Below, one piece after another: positions 1 to 6,702 of a stretch of 14,898 nt of DNA. The notes under the pieces were generated by a model, which was not told the origin of the DNA, made no database searches, and saw only the letters and a list, made by a program, of their open reading frames with translations. The translations under genes and the position numbers were made by a program. The stretch comes from Gemmatimonadota bacterium. GTDB taxonomy: Bacteria; Gemmatimonadota; Gemmatimonadetes; Longimicrobiales; RSA9. Each line of letters opens with the position of its first letter. Position 1 is the first letter of the stretch. The stretch covers positions 3,894 to 18,791 of the forward strand of contig JBBDRO010000092.1 in NCBI GenBank assembly GCA_040905425.1, written 5' to 3'.

Positions 1-504
1 GCGTTCATCTCCACACGCTCGAAGAAGTTCGCGGCCATCGTGGCGGGCGCGGCGGCCACCAACCTGGTGTCCGACTTCAACCAGCTGTGGAAGAGCGCCG
101 GGACGAACCAGCACCGCTACGACACGTACGGGCAGGGGCGCTTTGCCACCAACCCGTTCGATGACCTTGACCTCTACATGGATCAGTCCGCCACCTTCAA
201 CGCCCGCACCATGGACACGCCGTTGCTGCAGCTGCACGGCACGGACGACGGCTCGGTGGAGTGGCTGCAGGCGGTGGAGTTCTACAACGCGCTCCGCTTC
301 AACGGCAAGAACGTCATCCTCCTCTCCTATCCCGGCGAGGGGCACGGCCTGGGCAAGTACGAGAACCAGCTCGACTTCCAGAAGCGCATGCGGCAGTTCT
401 TCGACCACTACCTGAAGGGCGCGCCGGCGCCCACCTGGATGACGGACGGCCGCACGTTCCTGGAGAAGGAGCGAGCGCTGAAGGCGGGCGGCGGCGGCGC
501 TTGA
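1..504 (+). CDS. S9 family (prolyl oligopeptidase/acylaminoacyl peptidase-like) peptidase, C-terminal fragment, 5'-truncated by the window
   Basis: Frame 1 is open from base 1 (AFISTRSKKFAAIVAGAA...). It has the typical S9 C-terminal motifs TPLLQLHGTDDGSV (catalytic Asp region) and YPGEGHGL (catalytic His), then FFDHYLKG. Stop TGA at 502-504. Confidence 0.9.
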   Translation, partial: AFISTRSKKFAAIVAGAAATNLVSDFNQLWKSAGTNQHRYDTYGQGRFATNPFDDLDLYMDQSATFNARTMDTPLLQLHGTDDGSVEWLQAVEFYNALRFNGKNVILLSYPGEGHGLGKYENQLDFQKRMRQFFDHYLKGAPAPTWMTDGRTFLEKERALKAGGGGA

Positions 505-531
505 CCCGGGCCCCGCGCGGGGTTACATAAT
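501..531 (+). promoter_or_regulatory. Candidate sigma70-type promoter for greA
   Basis: TTGACC at 501-506 overlaps the upstream stop codon. An AT-rich TTACATAAT at 523-531 sits in GC-rich DNA. Spacing is 17 to TACATA or 19 to CATAAT, so the fit is imperfect. Confidence 0.4.
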
Positions 532-533
532 CA

Positions 534-686
534 GGGACCGCGCGGCACCCATGGCGCGGTCTTGAACCTGGAGCCCGGTCCAAGCCTCCGACCCGGTCGG
601 CGATTCTTCGCCGGGGAGGCGGACCGGGCTCGACCTATCCTGGAGCTCCGTAGGTCCATCGGCGCCACCACCGTGCGGTGGGCGCC
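534..686 (+). promoter_or_regulatory. Structured 5' leader of greA (four consecutive hairpins), possible cis-regulatory RNA or sRNA
   Basis: Stems read by eye: GACCGCGC 536-543 with GCGCGGTC 554-561; GAGCCCGGTCC 571-581 with GGACCGGGCTC 621-631 (inner GCCTCC/GGAGGC and CGGCGA/TCGCCG); GACCTA 632-637 with TAGGTC 651-656; GGCGCC 661-666 with GGCGCC 681-686 (inner CACC/GGTG). Confidence 0.5.
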
Positions 687-708
687 CGCGCGGAGCATTG
701 GAGTCATC

Positions 709-1185
709 ATGCTGGAAGAGATCAAGCAGAAGCTGGCGGACGAGATCGACCGCCTCATGGAGGAACTCACCGTCACGCTCCCCGAGGCCATTCGCAAGGC
801 CGTGGAGCTGGGTGACCTGTCCGAGAACGCGGAGTACAAGTCGGCGCTGGAGCGGCAGCAGTTCGTGCAGGCGCGGCTGAATCATCTGACGCAGCGAGCC
901 AACGAACTCTCCAAGATCGATCCGAAGGCGCTGGAGAAGGACACGGTGGGCTTCGGCTCCAAGGTGGTGGTGCAGGAGGTGGGCACCAAGCGGAAGACGG
1001 AGTACGTGATCGTCTTCGGTGACTTCATTGACCTGGACTCCAACCAGATCTCCATGGCGTCCCCCATCGGACGGGCGCTGCTGCACAAGAAGAAGGGGGA
1101 GGAAGCCGTGGTGGACCTCCCGCGCGGCGAGGTGAAGTTCAAGATCGTGGAGCTCACTACCCTGCCGGAGATGGTGGCATCATGA
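709..1185 (+). CDS. greA: Transcription elongation factor GreA
   Basis: 158 aa from ATG 709, with a GGAG RBS at 700-703. Contains GDLSENAEY (acidic coiled-coil tip), VGFGSKV and ISMASPIGRALL. Confidence 0.93.
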   Translation: MLEEIKQKLADEIDRLMEELTVTLPEAIRKAVELGDLSENAEYKSALERQQFVQARLNHLTQRANELSKIDPKALEKDTVGFGSKVVVQEVGTKRKTEYVIVFGDFIDLDSNQISMASPIGRALLHKKKGEEAVVDLPRGEVKFKIVELTTLPEMVAS

Positions 1186-2516
1186 TGCGCGGAGCAGTGA
1201 GGCTCCCGATCCTGGTGGCCGCGTTCGTGGCGCCCTTCGTGCTCGTGGCGCCCGCCTTTGTGACGCCGGCCGCCGCCCAGGCCACGTGCCCCGACAGCGA
1301 TCCGTACTGCGCGGAGGTGGCGGCGCTGAGCGCCCGTGCCGACGTGGCGGCGGCGCTCGAGGCGGCCGGCACGCCCGGGGCGCGTGAGCGCGCGCGTGCC
1401 GACCTGATCGAGCTGACGGAGATCCCGGCCCCGCCGTTCGCTGAGGAAGTGCGGGCCCGCCACTACGCGGACATGCTCCGCGCCGCGGGGGCGGACAGCG
1501 TGTGGATCGATGAGGAGGGCAACGTGCTGGCGCTGCGCCGTGGCGTGGCGGGAGGAGGGCTGCTGGGCATCGGCGGCCACCTGGACACCGTCTTTCCCGA
1601 GGGCACGGACGTGACCGTGCGCGTGAGCGGGGATACGCTCTTCGCGCCAGGCGTGGGGGATGACACCCGCGGGCTGGTAGTGGTGCTGGAAGTGCTCCGG
1701 GCGCTCGAGGCGGCCGGCGTGGAGACGGCGGCGGACGTCCTCTTCATCGGCACCGTGGGTGAGGAAGGGCTCGGAGACCTGCGCGGCATGAAGCACCTCT
1801 TCCGCAGGGGCGGCCCGGCGTTCGACTCCTTCATTGCCGTGGACGGGGGCGGCACCCGCTCCATCACGGCGCAGGCGCTCGGCTCCATCCGCTACCGCGT
1901 GACCTTCCGCGGCGAGGGCGGCCATTCCTGGGGCGCCTTCGGCACCGGCAACCCGGCGCACGCGCTGGGCCGCGCCATCCGGCTCTTCGATGAGGCGGCC
2001 GACGCCTTCACCGCCGACGGCCCCCGCACCAGCTACAATGTGGGCCGCATCGGCGGCGGAACCTCCGTCAACTCCATTCCGTTCGAGGCGTGGATGGAGG
2101 TGGACATGCGCTCCGAGAGCCAGGAGCGGCTGCAGGAGATCAACCAGATCTTCCGCGCCGCCATGCAGCGGGCCGTGGCGGAGCAGAACCCGGTGGCCCG
2201 GCGCGGCGACGCGCTCACCGTGGAGCTGGACCCCGTGGGGGACCGCCCCAGCGGTGAGACGGACCCCGACGCGCCGCTCCTGCGCCGCGCCGTGGCCGTG
2301 ACCCGGCACATGGGGGAGGAGCCGAGCATCGGCCGCTCCTCCACGGATTCCAACATTCCCATCTCCATGGGCATTCCCGCCGTGACCATCGGCCGCGGCG
2401 GGGAGGGCGCCAACGGGCACGCCCCCGACGAGTGGTGGCGGGACACGCCCGACTCCCACGTGGCGGTGCAGCGCGCGCTGCTGCTGGTGGTGGCGGAGGC
2501 CGGCCCCGCGAACTGA
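1182..2516 (+). CDS. Secreted M20/M25/M40 family metallopeptidase/amidohydrolase
   Basis: Signal peptide (MMRGAVRLPILVAAF...AAAQA). Metal-ligand motifs GGHLDTV, GVGDD, VGEEGLG and C-terminal GHAPDE; GGHSW in the dimerisation domain. ATGA overlap with the greA stop. Confidence 0.9.
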   Translation: MMRGAVRLPILVAAFVAPFVLVAPAFVTPAAAQATCPDSDPYCAEVAALSARADVAAALEAAGTPGARERARADLIELTEIPAPPFAEEVRARHYADMLRAAGADSVWIDEEGNVLALRRGVAGGGLLGIGGHLDTVFPEGTDVTVRVSGDTLFAPGVGDDTRGLVVVLEVLRALEAAGVETAADVLFIGTVGEEGLGDLRGMKHLFRRGGPAFDSFIAVDGGGTRSITAQALGSIRYRVTFRGEGGHSWGAFGTGNPAHALGRAIRLFDEAADAFTADGPRTSYNVGRIGGGTSVNSIPFEAWMEVDMRSESQERLQEINQIFRAAMQRAVAEQNPVARRGDALTVELDPVGDRPSGETDPDAPLLRRAVAVTRHMGEEPSIGRSSTDSNIPISMGIPAVTIGRGGEGANGHAPDEWWRDTPDSHVAVQRALLLVVAEAGPAN

Positions 2517-2584
2517 GCCGCGCCGGCAACCGCCCCGGCGCCCGCACCGAGCCGGCGGCACGGATGGTGAAGGTGCCCACCCGC

Positions 2585-3667
2585 ATGGCGGACATCGAGC
2601 TCTATCCCAGACGTGAACGGCGCCGGCGCCTGGAGCGCGCCGGCCTCTCGGGCCGCGCGGAGCGCGGGCTGAACACGGCCATGGCCGTGACGGTGGCGCT
2701 CTTCGTCACCGGCTGGGCCTTCACCGTGGCGCAGGCCGCCACCACCGATGTGCCGTTCGGCCTGGGCGGGCGGGTCACCGCCAATCCGCTCTCCCCCTCC
2801 GCTCCCCCCGAGACCGCCTTCCTGCTGGACGCCGCGCTGCGGCGCCTGGCCGCCTCCACCGAGCTCTACGGCGAGAGCGGCGATGTCCGTGTGCTCGTTC
2901 AGGAACCGGGCGACACCGTGCTCCAGGTGGAGGTGCCCGAGGAGGGTGTGGCCCTCGATGCGGAGGCGGACCCGGAAGCGCCCGGTCTGCTCCGCCTGGT
3001 AGCCCGCATCGGGGAGGCCATCCGGCCGGTGCCCCGGCTCACCATCCTGCGCATGGTGCCCATCACGGAGCGGGTGGGCGGCGCCATCCGGGGCTACCGG
3101 GTGGGCGAGTGGCCCTACGAAACCAGCGGCACGCCCGACTCACCGGAATACGCCCCGCCCGCCGGGCTGGTGGAGGTGGAGCGGGACATGGTGGACCTGC
3201 CCGTCTCCACGCACTTCACGCTGGGAGACTTCCTCACCAAGGGCCAGGAGAACGTGTGGCCCAAGTTCGTCTTGATCTCCCCCCGTCTGCTCGACAAGCT
3301 GGAGCTCACCATCGACGAACTGGAGGCCATGGGCCATCCCGTGCGTGATGTGGGCATCATCAGCGGCTTCCGCCATCCGCACTACAACGAGGCCGGCGGC
3401 AACCCGGCCGGACGCGGGGCCCTGTCCCGCCACATGTACGGTGACGCCATGGACTGGTTCGTGGACCATGACGGCAACGGCAGCATGGATGACCTGAACG
3501 GCGACGGCCGCGTGGACGTGGCCGACGCCCGCGTCATGGCCGAGGCGGCCGAGCGCGTCGAGCGGAAGTACCCCCACCTGGTGGGCGGCATCGGCATCTA
3601 TCGCCCCACCGGCGCCCACAACGGATTCGTGCACCTGGACACGCGCGGCTACCGGGCGCGCTGGTAG
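2585..3667 (+). CDS. Membrane-anchored peptidase M15A/LAS-type (D-Ala-D-Ala carboxypeptidase-like, YcbK/MepK-related) Zn metallopeptidase
   Basis: ISGFR..., H-x6-D (HMYGDAMD) and FVHLDTRG motifs. Arg-rich N-terminus followed by one hydrophobic helix. Start is uncertain (ATG 2585 or ATG 2564). Confidence 0.8.
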   Translation: MADIELYPRRERRRRLERAGLSGRAERGLNTAMAVTVALFVTGWAFTVAQAATTDVPFGLGGRVTANPLSPSAPPETAFLLDAALRRLAASTELYGESGDVRVLVQEPGDTVLQVEVPEEGVALDAEADPEAPGLLRLVARIGEAIRPVPRLTILRMVPITERVGGAIRGYRVGEWPYETSGTPDSPEYAPPAGLVEVERDMVDLPVSTHFTLGDFLTKGQENVWPKFVLISPRLLDKLELTIDELEAMGHPVRDVGIISGFRHPHYNEAGGNPAGRGALSRHMYGDAMDWFVDHDGNGSMDDLNGDGRVDVADARVMAEAAERVERKYPHLVGGIGIYRPTGAHNGFVHLDTRGYRARW

Positions 3668-3702
3668 CGCGCTGCGGGCAGCCCCACACCCGAGGAGACA
3701 CC

Positions 3703-4218
3703 ATGGCCGAGGAGAACGCCAACCCATCCTTCCCCCGCCGCGTACCGGGCGAGGCGGTCCGCGCACCGGCGGTGGCGCGCGTGCGCGAGGAGGACCTGGA
3801 ACCGCATGCCGGCCTGCGCTACGTGGCGCGCCTCTTCAAGGTGCTGGCCATGCTGCTCCTGCTCATGCTGGTGGCCGAGATCATTATCGGCCTCACGCAA
3901 CAGGGCACGGCCGCCCTTCCCACGCTGCTCGTGGAGGCCACGCGCATGGTGGTTTTCGCCGGCTTTCTCTGGGGCGCCGGAGACATGGCGCTCATGCTCA
4001 TCGAATCCAACCACGACCTGCGCGCCACGCGCATCCTGCTCGGCCGCATGAACGGCCGCATGCAGCGCTGGATGGAGCACGTGGGCGTGCCGCAGGCCGA
4101 CCGGAGTTCCGATGCCCCGGCCGGTGCGGAAACGGGCGCCGCGGGGATGCGCAACACCGGCACCACGCCGCTGCCGCCCGAGGTGGATGATCTCGAGGGC
4201 GGCCCGACGGAGGATTAG
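3703..4218 (+). CDS. Hypothetical membrane protein (two predicted TM helices, low-complexity acidic tail)
   Basis: Strong GAGGAG RBS before ATG 3703 and host-like codon usage. Hydrophobic segments FKVLAMLLLLMLVAEIIIGL and MVVFAGFLWGAGDMALMLI. Confidence 0.8.
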   Translation: MAEENANPSFPRRVPGEAVRAPAVARVREEDLEPHAGLRYVARLFKVLAMLLLLMLVAEIIIGLTQQGTAALPTLLVEATRMVVFAGFLWGAGDMALMLIESNHDLRATRILLGRMNGRMQRWMEHVGVPQADRSSDAPAGAETGAAGMRNTGTTPLPPEVDDLEGGPTED

Positions 4219-4279
4219 CGCAGCACCTCCCTGCCGCCTAGTTTGACGCATCCCACACGTCATCCGGAGGCATTTTTCC

Positions 4280-5155
4280 ATGCGACGTCCCCTCGTCCTG
4301 CTGCTGGCGCTCGTCCCGTTCCTGGCCACGCCCGCCCTCGCGCAGGGCAACCTCATCATCGTGGGCGGCGGCGGCCGCCCCGACACCATCATGGGCAAGT
4401 TCGTGGAACTGGCCGGCGGCCCGGGCGCCAGGATCCTGGTCATCCCCAACGCCAGCGCCAACGCGGAGGGAGCGGGCGAGAGCCAGGCGGAGGGCCTGCG
4501 CCGCCTGGGCGCCGATGCCTCCTTCGTGGCGCTCGACGCCGCTTCCGCCGATGACCCGGCCGTGCTGGAGCGCTTCGAGGGCGTGACAGGTGTGTGGTTT
4601 CCGGGCGGGGTGCAGAGCCGCCTCATGGACGTCATCGGCGGCACACGGGCAGCGGACGCCATCCGCCAGGTCTACACCCGGGGCGGTGTGGTGGGCGGCA
4701 GCTCGGCCGGCGCGGCGGTCATGACCACGCCCATGATCACCGGCGGGGAGAAGCGTCCCGCGCGGGAGGATGATGACTGGAACATCATCGAGCGGAACAA
4801 CGTGGAGTGGGCCGACGGGCTGGACCTGCTGCCCGACGCCGTCGTGGACCAGCACTTCGTCCGCCGCAAGCGCCACAACCGGCTCATGAGCCTGGCCATG
4901 GAATACCCCGACAAGGTGGGCGCCGGTATCGACGAGGCAACGGCCATCTGGGTGAAGGCCGACGCCACGTGGGAAGTGCTGGGCCGCAGCGTGGTGGTGA
5001 TCTACGACGCCCGCCCCGCCAACGTGTCGCCCGATCGGCTGCCGCTGGGCGCCGCCAACATGCGGCTCCACGTGCTACCGCACGGCGGCATGTTCAACCC
5101 CGCCACGGGCGCGGCCATCATGCCGGGGGGAAGCGTGCCGGTGAAGCGCTTCTGA
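4280..5155 (+). CDS. Cyanophycinase (peptidase S51) with N-terminal signal peptide
   Basis: Motifs LIIVGGG, WFPGGVQ, GGSSAGAAVM (nucleophile Ser), DQHF (His) and GIDEAT (Glu). GGAGG RBS at 4266-4270. Signal peptide MRRPLVLLLALVPFLATPALA. Confidence 0.88.
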   Translation: MRRPLVLLLALVPFLATPALAQGNLIIVGGGGRPDTIMGKFVELAGGPGARILVIPNASANAEGAGESQAEGLRRLGADASFVALDAASADDPAVLERFEGVTGVWFPGGVQSRLMDVIGGTRAADAIRQVYTRGGVVGGSSAGAAVMTTPMITGGEKRPAREDDDWNIIERNNVEWADGLDLLPDAVVDQHFVRRKRHNRLMSLAMEYPDKVGAGIDEATAIWVKADATWEVLGRSVVVIYDARPANVSPDRLPLGAANMRLHVLPHGGMFNPATGAAIMPGGSVPVKRF

Positions 5156-5162
5156 GGCAGCG

Positions 5163-5211
5163 ATAGATTGATAATATTCAAATAGATTGTTAAATCTGGG
5201 ATAGATTGCTA
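5163..5211 (+). repeat. Three direct repeats ATAGATTGNTA at an exact 19-bp period
   Basis: ATAGATTGATA at 5163-5173, ATAGATTGTTA at 5182-5192 and ATAGATTGCTA at 5201-5211, within a strongly AT-rich intergenic stretch. Confidence 0.92.
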
Positions 5212-5222
5212 CATTTCGCGTA
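5187..5222 (+). promoter_or_regulatory. Sigma70-like promoter giving a probably leaderless transcript of the ATPase gene
   Basis: TTGTTA at 5187-5192, a 17-bp spacer, extended -10 TG at 5207-5208 and TACATT at 5210-5215. The ATG at 5222 lies 7 nt after the -10 box, and no Shine-Dalgarno precedes it. Confidence 0.65.
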
Positions 5223-6406
5223 TGGATCCCCTCCGAAACCCCTTCGCTCCCGGCGCAGGCAGTCGCCCGCCCGAACTCGCGGGCCGGGAGGAAATCATCC
5301 AGTCTGCCCGCATTGCCCTGGCCCGGGTGCGGCTCAGCCGCCCGGAGAAGAGCCAGATGCTCCTGGGATTGCGGGGCGTCGGGAAGACCGTGCTGCTCAC
5401 CCGTATTGGAGAAATGGCCGAGGAGCAGGGCTATCTCGTGGCCATGCTGGAGGCCCCCGAAGGTCAGAGATTAGCAGAGTACCTGGCCCCAGGGCTGAAG
5501 AGTGTCCTGCTGCAGCTGAGCCAGGTAGAAAGAGCCAGGGATTTAGCGAATCGCGCTGCGGCTGCACTCAGAGGCTTCGCCAGCGCCTTCAAGGTTACCA
5601 TTGGGGACGTGGAGATCGGCGTCTCAGAGCCGCCGACCGCCAATAGCGGAAATCTCGATATCGACCTCCCTGAGCTTCTGCTCGCAACAGCAGCAGCGGC
5701 CAGGGCGGCAGAGAGCAGTGTTTGCATCTGTATTGATGAGGTTCAGTATCTCGGAGAGGAAGACCTCCGGGGTCTAATCGTTGCCCTGCACCGCATCTCA
5801 CAGAAGGGACTGCCGCTCATTGTGTTCGGCGCGGGGCTGCCCCAGGTGGCCGCACTTGCAGGCGAGGCAAAATCATACGCGGAGCGCCTCTTCGACTATC
5901 CGGATGTCGGCCCGCTTGCCGCCGACGCCGCGCGAAGCGCGGTCGAGGAACCGGTAAGGCACGAGGGCGCCTCGATCGAGGGCGACGCACTCGATTATGT
6001 GGTCGAGGTGACGGAGGGTTATCCGTACTTCCTGCAGGAGTGGGGAAAGCACACGTGGAATGCCGCAGGCTCCTCACCGATAACCGCAAAGGTCGTCGCC
6101 GCCGCGAGCCAGTCGGCGATCAATGCACTCGACAACAGCTTCTTTCGAGTCCGTTTTGATCGTCTTACCCCACGGGAACAGGACTACCTGCGCGCGATGG
6201 CCGACCTCGGCCCAGGGCCGCACAGATCTGGAGCCATCGCGGAGCGGCTCGGCAGGTCCGTTGAAAGCATGGGCCCCCTCCGCAGCGGCCTGATCAAGAA
6301 GGGGATGATCTGGAGTCCCGCACACGGCGACACCGCCTTCACTGTGCCCATGTTCGATGGCTTCATGAAGCGAGCAATGCCGGCATGGGGTGATCCCGCG
6401 CTCTAG
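5222..6406 (+). CDS. AAA-family P-loop ATPase (AAA_16/archaeal-ATPase-like) with probable C-terminal winged helix
   Basis: N-terminal NPFAPGAG...LAGRE, Walker A GLRGVGKT, Walker B ICIDEVQ and TEGYPYFLQ. The C-terminus LTPREQDYLRAM...SGAIAERLGRSVESMGPLRSGLIKKGMI is wHTH-like. Many A/T-ending codons compared with the neighbours. Confidence 0.88.
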   Translation: MDPLRNPFAPGAGSRPPELAGREEIIQSARIALARVRLSRPEKSQMLLGLRGVGKTVLLTRIGEMAEEQGYLVAMLEAPEGQRLAEYLAPGLKSVLLQLSQVERARDLANRAAAALRGFASAFKVTIGDVEIGVSEPPTANSGNLDIDLPELLLATAAAARAAESSVCICIDEVQYLGEEDLRGLIVALHRISQKGLPLIVFGAGLPQVAALAGEAKSYAERLFDYPDVGPLAADAARSAVEEPVRHEGASIEGDALDYVVEVTEGYPYFLQEWGKHTWNAAGSSPITAKVVAAASQSAINALDNSFFRVRFDRLTPREQDYLRAMADLGPGPHRSGAIAERLGRSVESMGPLRSGLIKKGMIWSPAHGDTAFTVPMFDGFMKRAMPAWGDPAL

Positions 6407-6702
6407 TGAGGCGAGCGGTCGCGCCGGCTGGCCGGTCGACCCGAACTCCTACCCGCCCTCCTTGCGCGAGCGCGCCAGCGCCCGCAGCAGCCGCATGGCA
6501 TTGCGCGGCGAACGGAGCAGGTGCCTACCATCACGCGTTTATTGCGCTGTGCAGCTCGAGGAAATCCCGTCAAACGGTCAGGGGTCAATCCCGTCTCTTC
6601 ACCGGCATCCAGCCGCACCTCAACGTCCCCCGAGGTTGCGGCATAACCCCCACCCGCACGACCTTTCCCCTACACACAGCAAACCCCACCCGGAGAGCCG
6701 TA

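Noticed and set aside
511..531. Intrinsic terminator after the S9 peptidase (CCCC-GCGC-GGGG-TT)
   Set aside because: Only a 4-bp stem and no real U-tract; it overlaps the candidate greA promoter.
534..700. 6S RNA, SRP RNA or tRNA in the greA upstream region
   Set aside because: CTTGAACC recalls 6S RNA, but the fold is four local hairpins rather than one long rod with a central bubble. No SRP GNRA/AGCAG domain or tRNA T-loop cloverleaf was found.
562..708. N-terminal extension of GreA from TTG 562
   Set aside because: ATG 709 has an RBS and gives a normal 158-aa GreA; the extension has no protein-like character.
882..2561. 559-aa minus-strand ORF
   Set aside because: Antisense shadow of greA and the M20 peptidase in high-GC DNA; no recognisable motifs.
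5163..5219. Mini-CRISPR interpretation of the 19-bp-period repeats
   Set aside because: Repeats (11 bp) and spacers (8 bp) are far too short, and no cas genes are present.
6406..6702. N-terminal extension of the BNR protein from GTG 6406
   Set aside because: ATG 6703 has a GGAGA RBS and leads into the signal peptide; the upstream part looks non-coding.
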